A DNA stretch of 64,000 nucleotides from Mobula hypostoma (lineage: Eukaryota), in assembly GCF_963921235.1 (NCBI RefSeq), contig NC_086109.1, positions 24,678,001 to 24,742,000 on the forward strand, in the 5' to 3' direction. A model generated the notes under the pieces. That model was not told the origin of the DNA. It did not search any database and saw only the letters and a list, made by a program, of their open reading frames with translations. How positions within the stretch are numbered: position 1 is the first letter of the stretch; each line of letters opens with the position of its first letter. The position numbers and the translations under genes are program-made. Shown here in pieces: positions 33,942-47,739 of this stretch.

Positions 33942-36040
33942 CTCTAGAATGACCACAGTTTTACTGCTGTTATTCTGATGTATGGTCATCTCAGGGAACA
34001 GACAATTTGAAAAGTGGTTGCCATAACCAATTACTGCTCTGGGAAGTATTGAATCTATGGAAAGATTATTGTGGGAACAGAAGAATCTTATGAAATTAGC
34101 TATGTTGGGTTCCAGAATGCGGTTTTCTGCTGACCCCTGTGATCACAAAACTCAGAGAAATTCTTTCTTTAACTTTTTCTTGCCTCTGAATACAGGAACA
34201 ACCACATACCTGCATTCACAATCTCCAGTCATCAGTCTCAGGTTATACTCTAGGTCTATTACTAGCTAGACTGCATGTTGATCTTTTTGCACTGTTGAGC
34301 TACATGCAGAGATGTCACCAGGTGTCAAACCATGTCGTGAATTTGGACACAGCCTGGTCACCAGCTTCTATTAATTGAATCCTCTAGCTGTTGGTTCTGA
34401 TTATACAACACAGAGTCTGGGCTCAAGAAGAGGTATTGTCAAATTTACCATGATTGTCGATTGTAGCCCAGCGCAAGAAGCACAAGGTCAAATCAGAGTT
34501 AGTACAGGATTTCTTCACTATTAAAGGTTTTTTTTTCTTAAATTGTGCATCATTTTTGGCAGTTCAATAGTTCCATTTAATATCAGAGAAAGGTATACAT
34601 AATACAAGCTGAAGGTCTTGCTTTTCACAGACATCCATAAAAACAGAAGAAGGCCCCAAAGAATGAGTGACAGTAAAAACTTTAGAACCCCAAAGACCCC
34701 CACTTCCCCCTCCCACACACAAGCAGCAGCAGAGCAATAACCCTCCTACTCTTACTTCAGCAAAGAAAAGTATCAGCACCCTACACCCATCAACTTGGTT
34801 TATTGCCACTGTTTTGCATGAAATTACATTTGTTTTGTGACAGTAGTATATTGTAAAGACATAAAATTACTATAAACTACAAAATAAATAAATGGTGCAA
34901 AATAATGAGGCGGGATTTATGGTCTGTTCAGAAATCTAATGTCAGAGGGGAAGATGCTGTCCCTATGTAATTGAACGTGGGTTTTCAGGCTCATGTACCT
35001 CCTCGGTGGTGGTGATAATGAATTTTTGAAAAAACAAGCTTCAAAGAGGAAGGAAGCTTACCCCAGTGTCCTGGCCAATATATCGTTGAATAGTAATGAT
35101 TGGCATATATCTTGATACCGGAGAAACAGAGCTATCTTTGGCACAGTTAATGATTAATCCACCTTTCCAAATGAAAAACAGGAAGAGGGAAGAAATGTAT
35201 GGGCTGCCCTTGCAAGGTGAATAGGACAACTATATAATCATTGTTTAGCCTTTCCAAATGACATGTTGAAATTCGACAATACTTCAAGCCAATCACTTAA
35301 AACACTAAATTAAAATAAGCAATCTTTGGAATTTTCCCAAGATTATGTCAAGATGCCAAATAATGATCTCACTGATGGTCCAATTCCAGAATCAGTGGAG
35401 GTCTGGAGTCACTGACATGCTTCTTGTTCTTCCAGCTGAGCTTTCACACCCTCAGTTTCAGCTTTCTACTTGAGCATTGCATAGTTAATTTACCTATCAA
35501 AGAAAGACCTTGTTTTGGTGAAGACAAAAGAGACAGCTGACGCTGAAGTCCACATTATCAAGTTAGCAGGTCAAACAACGTCTGCGGAGATAAAGGCTGC
35601 TTGTCAATGTTACAGATCGAAACCTTGCATGGATGCTGGAAAGCAAGAAGAAAGATGGCCAGTATAGGACAGTATAAAGGAGGGGTCGTACACAGGTGAC
35701 TAGGTGATAATGAAACCAGATGGAGAGAGGTTGATGGGCAGATGGAATCAAATGGGGGAAGGGTGAGAGAGGCCAGTGGGTGATTTACAAGACAAGATCG
35801 AGAAACACTGGTGATCTGATTACCAGAAATAATAAAAATTCAATACTCAATTATTCTGGTGAGGCATCTGATAATATTCTGAATTGGCTAGGTGGTGAGT
35901 TGATCTTTTGGACTCAAAAATATGGAGCCTCGGGAATGCAGGCAATTATGTTTTGCATGACAGAGGAAACTGGTCCAACTCCTGACTAGACCACAGATCA
36001 TAAAACAATTAATGCACCAAAAAAAAACAAATCACTTGGA

Positions 36041-36167
36041 GACACAAAGAACTGCAGATGCTGGGCTCTGGAGCAATGCAAAGGGATCTGAAGGAATGAT
36101 GGATCCATTTTCCTCCATAAGTTCTGTCTGATCCTTTGAGTTCCTCCAGAACCTATTGTATTGCTTT
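36041..36167. mobile_element. Old collapsed Penelope-terminus palindrome
   Basis: Antisense terminus AACTGCAGATGCTGG then sense TTTCCTCCATA...GAGTTCCTCCAG; TSD ACAAAT(C/T)ACTTGGA at 36027-36040 and 36168-36181. Confidence 0.7.
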
Positions 36168-38548
36168 ACAAATTACTTGGAATGATTTAAAGCACTTAAT
36201 AGGGATAAAGAAAAAGACAGGTTCAAGATTTTTCTAAATGAATATTCATTTAATTTTCTTAATTAATGATTAGAGAATGCCAAAGTATAGAATCACAGAA
36301 TCAGAGAATGTAATGACACAAAAATCACTTTGTCCATCATGTCCATGCAACCTAAAAATTGCCTGTTATTTATTTGTTTCCATTTAACATTTTGGCAAAG
36401 AGCACAGAATAGTGAGAATAACGCTGGAAGAAAATATCAACATGTTGCCTTAAAAAATTCCTAGAATACTACTTGAACAGAAACAACTTACTCCTGGTGT
36501 TCATGGGCATGTTCCTGTCATGGAAAACAGTGTAAAAGTAAACGGATTATGCCTAACTGCTCTCATTTTTGAGCAGATAGGCTGCTGTTTGCTGTTAATG
36601 CAAACCAAAAGGATTCTTAGAGCTGAATTCCCTTGCCAGCTTTCCAACACTGGTGTTGTAACAAAACCTGTCAAATACATGGAAAGTAGCAGAAACTTCC
36701 ACCCACTGATCCCTCTCACACCTTCATTTTTTACCCACTACATGCACGAAAGTTATACCCTCCCTAATCTTTGTCATTGTTGGGGAAAAAAATACAGCTA
36801 CAAGAGATTGAGCTTTTCTTTAATTAGTTTCAGTGGTTCTTAAAACTTTATTATTAATTAAATATCTCAATATCCCTTACAACTGACCTCTTCAGTATTA
36901 AAGGTCAATTGACTGGATTGTGTGATCTATATCAAAACCTGGCTGGATGCCCCCAAATTTGCCCAATGGAATTTCTTGCCTTTTGTAAGATTCTTTATTG
37001 CAAGACGATCTTTCCTTTTAAAATTCATGACAACAGGAATGTCATAATACAAGGTCAATAATGGAGTGCTACTGAGAGGAACATTCTGTTCCTGTCAGAT
37101 TGTAAACAACTTTCTTTCCACTCCCACAACAAAAGCACCGAGCCGCTCGATCACTTTCAGCTCTCCGTCAAGAGCTCAAATGATGGAATAAACAACTTGA
37201 AACTCAGGCTGAACTTAGACACAAAACACACTTTGATACATGTATGCCCCCACACAGATGCAAGCACACAGCCACAAACCTGTATAATATGCACAGACAC
37301 ATTCACAGTGTAAACAATCATCTAAATGGACATAACTTAGAGATTTACGAAACATAGATACATACACATGAGAACACAGACAAAATACACAGACTTAAAT
37401 ACATTTATAGTGTTTCATTCTGTGGTTTGAAGCTAAATTCCTTTTCCACTTTCTGAAAGTCTTTAAACAATAACTTGATTTACCTCTAGTTCTCTTTCTT
37501 CTGTGCCAAAGCCCCAGTGTTCCCAATGAATCCAATATCAGGTAGCAAACTCAGATGTTCAGGGTTAAAATACAATTAAGGTTGAAGATATCTTTAGACC
37601 TAAACTTCAAACTTTCAACTCTAATTTGCCTTGTGTAAAGATATCACTGGCTAGTCAATTGGAGCCAATTTAAATTGATTTTATTGCAAAGTCAGTGAAG
37701 GTTGAGTGAGCAACCACAGTAGAAACATAAACCTGCACTGATGAAAACTTTTAGCTGCCAAAGCCTTAAACTCTAGAATTCTGTTCCTAAATCTCCTCTG
37801 GTTCTTCCTTTAAAATGCTTTGCAAACTATACCCCTTCATCAAATTTTTAACCACCTGCCTAATATCTCTTTATTTTTACTTAATGGAAATCCTATGAAG
37901 TGACTGGATACATTTTTGGTACATGGAAAGTGGAAGTGGTTAGCATTACTGTTGGGTTATTATTATAGTTGTTACACACTTCATATGTGGCATATGATAT
38001 TACGGAAAAGAAACAGAAAATGCTGGTCAGAAAAGTCTGTAGAAAGAAAAATAGAGCCAATATGTCGCATCAAAGACCCTTGTCGGAATCAGGTAAGAAA
38101 TAAAATGAGCTTGTTAGTAAGTATGGTGGGTGAGAAAGAGATGTGACTTGGATAGAGTAACACCAGGTTGACCATGAGGTTAACTTGTCTGCAAGATTAT
38201 CTGGTCATTTGGAGAATATGGAAGAACTAAGAGAGCAAACAGAATGCAGAAGTTGTGAAAAGAAAGACATGCCCAGTGGATCAGGTTAGATACATTCTGC
38301 ACTCCCAGACAGCTAAGTAAACTAACAAGATGACTCAATATCATGGATGACTGTTAACAGTTAGAAATCAAATTAGCTGAAGGTTTAAATTCAATATTGT
38401 ACAGAAGTCTAAATAGTCTTTAACTTAATATGTTAGTTCTGTTTCTCTTCCCACAGATGCAGCCTGACCTGTTGAGAGTTTACCACAATTTTTGTTTTAT
38501 TTCAGATTTCCAGACCTTGTGTGCTTTTTTTTCCCACTTGAAATCAGG

Positions 38549-39185
38549 AGGGAGGAGAAGATGGTGGTGCGACGCAGTGCGCGCGGCCGTTCTGAATGAT
38601 ATCAATATGTTTTAACTAAGGGCCGTGCACAATCCTGATTTGATGGGGACAGCCGTGAGAAGCACAGAGGAACACCTGGAGAAACTTCTGAAATGCCCGC
38701 TTCGCTGCCGCTGCTCCTGTGCGATCGAGAATCTCCGGAGGGGAGGGCCCCAAATCCTTGGCTTTGCCTATTGCCTGTTGCCGGGGCCGGGGTCGAAGCG
38801 CTCGGCAGAGATGGTGCTCGGTGCTCGGTGTCAGAGAGCTGGTCGGAGGCTCGGAGTTTTCGGACGGACTCGGAGTCGGACTGTGGTCTGATGCTTCCAA
38901 GATGCTGCATCGGCAAGTTGGTGGCGCTGGAGGTTCACCGTCTGTGTAAGATGATGGGACTTTCAAGAGACTTTGAGACTTTTTACCATGCCCATGGTCT
39001 GTTCTTTATCAAATTATGGTATCGCTTGGCACTGTTGTAACTATATGTTATAATTATGTGGTTTTTGTCAGTTTGTAATGTGTTTCTGTGATATCATTCT
39101 GGAGAAACATTGTATCATTTCTTAATGCATGCATTACTAAATGACAATAAAAGAGGACTGCGTGTCCTCATAATCTAATCTAATA
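38549..39185 (+). mobile_element. CpG-rich non-autonomous retroposon, apparently full length
   Basis: Head GGAGAAGATGGTGGTGCGACGC; tail ACAATAAAAGAGGACTG...(AATCT)n; second copy at 8728-9310. Confidence 0.75.
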
Positions 39186-40329
39186 TAAAATTATGCACTA
39201 GATATTTTAACTTAAACATTGTAATGTGAATAATTTACTGTCTAACATTGAGATGATGCAAATTATATTTCTGCATCTGTTAAAACCTCCCTTCGCATCC
39301 CCAGCTCCCTCTCCTGAATTTGCTCATCCACGTTACCTTGCTCATGTAGGCACTTTTCATACACTAAGCAGTGAATTAGCAAGCTATTTGACTTTAAAAG
39401 GAATCATAGTTGAATTGATCTTTTCCATAGTTTGTTGAACATGTTTACAAGTACGGAGTGATTAGAGTAAAGATGGCTTCAGAATTAGCAACCTCCCCCT
39501 CCCCACACACATACTCGCACATTTCCAAACAGTCTTGGATCTTTGTTTCCAATAGCTTAAATAATCTGCTTATCACTGGAAACCCCAAAAGGGGCCTGTT
39601 ACATGTTGCGCTTTCTTTAGCAATGTAAACAATTCTTTTCAAACCATAATATAGTCCATTTATACTATCCGAATTTTTCCAATTTCTAATTCCTTGACTA
39701 AAAGTAATTTACCTGAATCCAAACTGCTACCTTAATACAGTCCTGTGAAGAATTCATTCAAAATTTAACACTTTAATTTGATTTCCATTACAGTTATTTT
39801 TTTCCTACATTTAAGAGCTTTATAGAAATCGGACTTGGTTTTCATCTGCCGCGATCTACTTCTCCTAACCATACTTAATTCTGTAGAGTTCTACAAGCAA
39901 CAGATGCTCTTTCCAGCATTAACAGAACAAAACATAGTTGAAATCAAGTTGATGTAAAACTGCATTGATTCTTCCTTCTCTTTCACGTATATGAGTTTTC
40001 GAGGAAATTCATCCCTATTATTAAGGACCTCTCCCGTGGTGGTTCATTCAACAAGACAGTAACTGACGTGTACTGTAGTAATTTCATGTATTGCACTGCA
40101 CTTTGGTTGCAAAAAGTAAGCAAATTTCATGATGCATATTGGTGATGATAACATGATTCTGATATGGGTCTCTATTGTGGACTGAGAGTGGGAAGGGGGC
40201 AGGGAGAGGGGAATTATGGTTGGGCAAGGGGGAAGGGAGAGGGGAGGGAGCAGGAAGCACCAGAGAGACATTCTGTAATGATCAATAGACCAGTTGTTTG
40301 GAATCAAATGGCCTTGCCTGTTGTCTCAG

Positions 40330-41020
40330 GGAGACCAAAACTGTACACAGTACCCCTGAGTTTGGTTTTACAAATGGTTCTCCAGCTGCAACATAGAGTC
40401 CCAATTGATATTGTAGTGCCCTTACTGACGAAGGTCAGTATGCTAAATACCTTTTTGGTCATCCTATCTACCTGTGCTTCTGCTTTCAATGATCTATGCA
40501 CTTAAATTCCTAAGTCGTTCTGTTTTGTTACACTCTCTGATGCCCTGCCATTCAATGTATAAGCCATATGCTTGTTTGTCTCTCCAAAATGTATCTCCTC
40601 ATATTTGTCTGTATTGAAATCCACTTACTACTCCCATCAAGATCACCCATAATCTACATCTTCACATTTACAATACCTTCTAATTTCGTGTCATCTGCAA
40701 GTGTATTCACATCCAAATCATTTATATAGTTAATGAATAACAAGGGCCTCAACACCAACCCCATAGACACACCACAGCCTCTATTCTCAGAAACAACCTT
40801 CAACCACCATCCTCTGCTTCCTACCTCCAAGTCAATTTAGAATCCACATAACTTGCTCTCTCTGGATTCCATGGGATCTAACCTTCCAGACCAGCCTAAC
40901 ATTGCAGGAAGTTATTGAAGGCCTTGCTAGTGTCCAGAGAGACAATATTCACTGCCCTACTCTCATCTACCTTTCTCATTGCTTCTTCTAAAAGCTCTAG
41001 AAGTTTTTCCAAGCATGACT
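40330..41020 (-). mobile_element. CR1 RT fragment, degenerate
   Basis: HRSLKAEAQVDRMTKKVFSILTF; ADDTKL on the minus strand near 40690. Confidence 0.75.
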
Positions 41021-42174
41021 TAGACCACACGACCAGAGACTGTTACGCCCCTGAAACTTTAACTTGTCGCAATGACACAGTCTTGCGGAGCACAAGTATT
41101 TAGAATAATCATGGAGGGGATGTTGTTTCCTATCCTTACTGATTGTGGTCTGTTCGTCAGTAAGTCAAGGAAAACATCAAATTACCCTGCAGGAATATTG
41201 GCCCCTCAGTGGTTCAAGTGAAACCCGTCCATCTTGTCATTTCTAGCCCAGAAGTGATAGCAATGATCCAAGAACCTGACTCCCTGCTGCCTGCACCAGC
41301 TCCTCAGCCACAATTTCATCAGGGCCTCTTCTTCTATGTCCGACCTCCATAACACATGGCATCGAGAGTCATCCAAAGATAATTACCTTCAAGGTGCTGC
41401 TTCTTAATTTCTTACCTAATTCCCAAGACTCCTTCGGCAGGACCTTATCCCTTGTTCTACCTATGTCATTTGTACCACCATGTAGCTATTCACTTAAACT
41501 CTCAAGGGAAAAGGGGGAGGGTAAAAACATTAAAACCTTCAATAGTCACTGAAGACCCTACTTTAGACTTTACTCAAGTAAATGAAGCTGTAGTCAAGGA
41601 GCATTTTGACTGTGGTGACCATAATTCTATTAGTTTTAAGACAGTAATGGCAAAGAATAGGTCAGATCTGCAGGTTAGGGTCCAAAACACTTCTCCACTT
41701 CATCATGAGTAGAAATATTTTTATGATTATTACTTGTTCTCAATTACCCCATCAAAGGAAACAGCTTCTCTTTGTCTTCTTCACAGAATCTTCAAACTAC
41801 TTTGAAGACTTGAGTTAGGGATTAGGTCTCAACCTTTAAATTCACATGTTCCATTTCACTGCCATCCTTTCCTTTCGATATACTGTATGTGAAATTGCAT
41901 TTTTGTCAATGGAAACTTGAGTTGAAAGGAACATTAGAATTTGGGATGGTCCCATGATTCTATCTTCATTTCTATTGAAAGACAGAAGAAGATTACAATA
42001 AATTCATTGTTATCTAGTACTGACACCATATGGCTCAGAATATGCACCTACACTTAAGGCTACAGTCTCACTATAACTGAACCAAATTTCCAATTGAAAC
42101 TTTAGGACATTTTCAGAAAGGCAAGTATTTTTCACCTCTATTGAGAGTTGCCTCACTTCCATTGTTATGGAAAG

Positions 42175-42500
42175 AAAATTTTCCACTGAGGTTGGGTGGG
42201 ACTATAACTAGAGGTCATGGGTTAAAGATAAAAGGTGAAAAGCTTATGGGGAACATGAGGGGAAATTTTTTCATTCAGAGGGATGTGAGAACCTGGAATG
42301 ATCTGTCAGCGCAAGTGGTGCATGTGAGCTCAATTTCAACATTTTAGAGAAGTTTGGTTAGGTACATGGAAGGTAGGCATATGGATGACTATGGTCCCGG
42401 TGCAGGTACATGGGAGTAGGCAGTTTAAATTTTTCAGCATGGGATAGATGGGCAGAAAGCCTGTTTCTGTGCTGTACTTTTCTATAACTCTATAACTCTG
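42175..42500 (+). mobile_element. CR1 3' fragment
   Basis: FPLRLGGTITRGHGLKIKGEK...GNFFIQR; (TCTATAAC)n tail. Confidence 0.8.
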
Positions 42501-42509
42501 AATTGAATG

Positions 42510-43390
42510 GCCATAAGACCATAAAGTATAGGAGCAGAAATAGGCCATTTGGCTCATCGAGTCTGTTCCGCCATTTCATCATGGCCGATCAATTATGCTT
42601 TCAGCCCCTATTTCCTGTCTTCTCCACATAACCCTTCATGCCCTGACTAATTAGGAATCTATCAACCTCTACCTTAAGTATACCCAATGACTTGGTCTCC
42701 ACAGCCACCTGTAGCAATGGATTCCATAGATTCACCACTCTCTGGCTAAAGAAATTCCTCCTTTTCTCCATTCTAGACGAGTGTCCCTCTTTTCTGAGGC
42801 TGTGCCCTCTGGTCCTAGACTTCCCCACCACAAGAAACATGCTCTCCACATCCATTCTTTTGACGCCTTTCAGCATTTGATGGGTTTCAACTAGTTTCCC
42901 CTCTCATTCTACTGAATTCCAATAAATACAGACCCAGAGCATATGATAAACCTTTCAATCCTGGAATCAGTTTCGTGAACTTCCTTTGAACCCTCTCTAA
43001 TGCTAGCACTTCCACTCTTAGATAAGGGGTCCAAAGCTGCTCACAATCCTCCAAGGGAGGCCTCACCAGTGCTTTATAAGGCCTCAACATTATACCTTTG
43101 CTTTTATATTCTAGTTCTCTTGCAATCAATGCTAACAACACTTTGCCTTCCTCACCAGCAACTCAGCCTGCAAATTAACTTTTAGGGAATCCTGCACAAG
43201 GTCCCTTTGCAACTCAGATTTCTGAATTTTCTCTCCATTTAGAAAATAATCAATGCTTTTATTGCTTCTATCAAAATGCGTGACCATGCACTTCCCAACA
43301 CTGTATTCCATCTCAGTTTTTTGCCCATTCTCCTATTTTATCTAAGTCCTTGTGTAACCTCTCTTCTTCCACCTGCCCCTATCTTTGTGT
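42510..43390 (-). mobile_element. CR1 3' fragment, tail-to-tail with 42175-42500
   Basis: YKALVRPPLE...ERVQRKFTKLIPGL; SRTRGHSLR...RNFFSQRVVNLWN. Confidence 0.85.
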
Positions 43391-45934
43391 TGCCTGCAAT
43401 TTGGAATGGATTTACAATCTCTCTGACGGGATATGATTTGTCACTGTTTATTATCTGCTTTATCCACTATATATTCACAAGACCAATAGGTTTTAGTTAG
43501 CTGGTTACTAGCAGCTGTGTGATTACCACAAATCTTTCAAACTTGCTCATCACATCCAAGTCTACCACAGAGTATGATCTGGGTCCTTTTTAGTTCAGAG
43601 CTAACCACTACGTAAAAAATCTTGGCTTCCTTCTCCAGACAATAATCATCACTGGTTGGAAAAGACAGGTTTAGGTATTTCTTTGGAAATTTGAACTGAA
43701 GTTATGTTTTCTTTACATTATTTATACCATCATGGCATTATCACAAGACAGCACAGGTACTAGATGGCCTCCAAAAATTGCTGATTTATTGATAACCTTG
43801 GACCTATTTTGTAAACAAATGTTCAAACACACAAGCTGCCCCTGTGTTTAGATTTAACTGACTGACACCTCCTGTAAACAGCAGCTGTGCTTCCTGCTGC
43901 TTTCTCAAATGCTTTCGACCAAGGTCAAATCAGAAAGCCACACACCACCCTTAGATCCATAGTCTCAATGACGGTAAAAAAAAAAGTGGCGGCTGGCAAG
44001 GTTGTAACCATGTGCTGGTTAAACCGAAGGCAAAGCTTCTCGCAGCATCTTCTCCCATTATCATTGTAATGTAACGGATTTGCCCACAAGCCCACTGCAC
44101 TGAGATCTGGTTGGAATCTTGGGTTCTTTTCCTTCAAGACTCTTATAAACACTAGAGGCTGGAGTATTTCATGCATTGGATTGAAACTCAGGTTTTATCG
44201 TAGCTGATGGCAGTTGTGTTGAGCATTCAGTGACCTGAATGGCATCTTAATATGTTCAGGGAATATTTGAACATGGTAATGACACCACTTCATGTAATAT
44301 AGATGAAACATAAATATTGAGCGACACTAAAAAGGCAAATTTCTTTGGCCCACTTGCTATATAATATTATGTGACTAACAGAGAGGAACTACAAATTAAA
44401 AATCAGCCATGAAGAATTGGTTGACTCACTGTGGAAATTGGTATTGGTCACCTTGTCAAGCTGAAGGTTTTTAACGTGATGAGCTTATTAAGGCTGAATT
44501 ATCAGGAGTTAAGGAAACAGTGGGAAATGATCTATGGGATCTATTTCAACCTAGTATTTTGTAATGTTTAGCTATAGCTAAATCTATATCTATATATAAC
44601 ATTCTTGTGCATAGAACTTGTCCATCGCTTTTCAGACATTACGCATGAAATACCAAGAACCGGGTAATTTCCATCCTTTTTTCTCTGACCTTGGTAACTT
44701 GGTCTTTCTCAAAAACAAAAAGACAGTATTCATAAGAGTAACCATGAAGGTCTTGGATTATCATCAAAAACTCAAATCGGTTCACTTGCCTTTCTGAGAA
44801 AGAAATTTTCCTTTTTTTTTGCCTGTTTTATCCTCAAGGCAATTCCATGTCACATTTGATATTTTTTCTTTTATGATAGTTTCCATTCCTTGATAGTTCC
44901 TGTCAAGCTAATCAACCATTAAGGAATGGGCAATAAAAAACAATGATTTTCATAATTGGAGAATGTGATTGTTTTGAAAAGTGACAGAAGACAGACATCT
45001 ACAGATATTTATCAACCTACTGAAGCTTCCACAGATAATTATTCCTTCCTTGACCTCAGAATTCACTTGTCAAAAGAAATATCATGGGCAGTATCCTTGA
45101 AGGGATCAAGTCAGGACAAAGAATAACTGAAGTCAGCAACCAAATATTCAAAAACTCAGCCCAGCATTAGCTGAAGAGTTGAGTGCCAAACTAGCAGAGG
45201 CCTCTGCCAAATGAGTGCTGTTCAGCATTGTTTGGCACTAATTTTCTGGCTTGACATATAAAAACCAGAACTTCTGTCCGTCTTTTATAAGCATGTATCT
45301 TCAGGCAACAGGCAGAGAGGCTGCGGTTAGATATCACTTTTCACAACCTCAGGACATCCCAAGTCTCTTTGCAGCATAGAAAATATTGTAGAAATGTTGG
45401 CACTATTACATTGGGAATAAAGCAGAGTTGTGCAGATTACCACCTGTAAATGGCATTATCATTATTCTTCCAAGCTGCCCTACCCTGGTGAGAATTTGGA
45501 GACTAGCATACTTTATTTCCTTCAACATTAAGTGACTCTTGAGAATTCAGACTTCTTCTTTTCATGGCAACTTCTCAGTGAAGCTACTGACAAGACCCAC
45601 TACAGATTAAGTTCATAATTCAAACACTGAATAACCCTGCTCCTGGTCACCATCCATTCACCTATGGGACACTCTGATCCCAAAGTTCTTATCCTGTTCT
45701 GAAACCCTCTAATTCTTTGTTGCACAAGACACAGGTGGCTAAGATCATGATGAAACTGCTCAGCAGTCCTATTTGTGATCTCAGGACCGGATTGGTGGAG
45801 TAGTAATGTTGTCATCATTTGATTTGACTCATGGACCTGTGACATGGATTTGTAGATATGAGTTCAAGTCCCACAGTTAGTTGATGTCATAAATGTGGAA
45901 TAATATAACATTAACCATATAGGTGACCATATAA

Positions 45935-46690
45935 TCAGAATCAAAATTAAAATCAGAATCAGGTTTGATATCACCTGCATATGTTGTGAAATTTGTTAAC
46001 TTTGCAGCTGCAACACAATGCAATAAATGATAAATATGGGAAAAAATGAATTTCAATAATTACATATATATATGTATATTAAATTGTTAAGTTAAATTTG
46101 AAAATGTAAAAACAGAAATAATAAAAAAAAGTAGTGAGGTAGTGTTCATGGGTTGAATGTTCATTTAGAAACTGGACGGCGGAGGGGAAGAAGCTGTTCC
46201 TGAATCGCTGAGTGTGTGCCTTCAGGCTTCTGTACCTCCTTCCTGATGGTAATAATGAGAAGAGGGCATGGCCTGGGTGACGGGGGTCCTTAATGATGGA
46301 TGCCACCTTCCTGAGGCAATGCTCCCTGTAGATGTTTTGGATTCTAAAGAGGCTAGTACCCATGATGGAGCTGACTAGTTTCACAACTTTCTGCAACTTA
46401 CTTCAACCTTGTGCAATAGCCTCCACTTCCCCACTCCATACCAGATGGTGATGCAGCCAGTCAGAATGCTCTCCACGGTACATCTGTAGAAGTTTTCGAG
46501 TGTTTTAGTTGACAAACCAAATCCCAAACTCCTAATGAAATATAGCCTCTGTTTTGCCTTCTTTATAGCTGTATCAATATGTTGCAGCTCAGAGATTTTG
46601 ACACACAGGAACCTGAAATTGATCACTCTCTCCACTTCTGATCCCTCTATGAGGAATGGTTTTTGTTTTCTTGTATTAACCTTTCTGAAG
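45935..46690 (-). mobile_element. Rex1/Babar LINE 3' fragment
   Basis: KAKQRLYFIRSL...NFYRCTVESILTGCITIWYG; IIKDPRHPGHALFSLLPSGRRYRSL; (ATCAGA)n tail. Confidence 0.88.
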
Positions 46691-47029
46691 AACAGAAATA
46701 ACTAGAATGTTATAAACAGAAACTTAGTTGGTGAATATCTTGTTTTGGTTTATTTGTGTCTTCAGACCCACTGTTGGTGCCTATGTTTTAACAGTCCTCT
46801 GAAGTAATCTAACAAAGCTCTCAGTTCAAGGGCAATTCAGGATGGGTAATAAGTGCTAACTTTGCAGGCAATGCCCACAATACATGAAACATTAAATAAT
46901 CTAGGCTGCAGTATGAAGAACAAGGTCAGCTTAATGTCCACATTAGGTGAGACCCTCTTCTGCTACACTAGCCTACGACTACTTTCAATGGCAAAAAACC
47001 CCCACATTTTTCAAGTTTTTGATGACAGG

Positions 47030-47420
47030 TGTAACCAGTTGGGTGCGGGGGGGGTGTATGACATGAGAAGCTGGGATGTGATAGGTGGAAAAAAGTAGAG
47101 GGCTGAAGAAGAAGGAAGCTGATAGGAGAGGAGATTGGACCATGGGAAAAAAGGAAAGAGAAGGGGCACTGTGGGGGGAGGGGAGTTAATAGTGAAGTGA
47201 GGAGATGAGAAGAGGTAAGAGGGGAGCTAGAGAAGGGAATGGAAGTAGAGGGAAAGGGAAGGGGGAAAATTCCATCACCTCCCCCCACCTTCTTATTCTG
47301 GCTTCTCCCTCCTTCTTTTCCAGCCATAATGATGGGTGTCGACCTGAAAAGTCAACTGTTTATACCCAGGTGCTGCCTGACCTGCTGATTTCCTCCAGCA
47401 TATTGTATGCGTTGATCTTA
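47030..47420. mobile_element. Penelope-like UTR pieces in inverted arrangement
   Basis: Purine-rich antisense UTR 47030-47265 followed by pyrimidine-rich sense UTR and terminus 47272-47410. Confidence 0.6.
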
Positions 47421-47739
47421 TCAAAGATGGTTTGAGAGAGTTTGCCGGTGTTCCACTGAAAGAGGGCTGATCTTTCTCAGAAACTGTAAACAATGTTACC
47501 TTATAAGACTGCCAGATGTCTTGTAGACTGGCTATAACTGAGGCCTACTGAAGATTGGACGCTGAATAGTTCAGGTACATTATACATTGATGGGTATCTA
47601 GTGACTCTACAAAGGGAGAGAATATTTATTTGCTTTCAATTTTATTCAAATTCAGTCTGATGGATGTATGAGGAACACAGAAGATAGAATGTGGGCATGC
47701 ACAAACACATGCAGGTGTATTTAGTATGTTATGGGTGAC

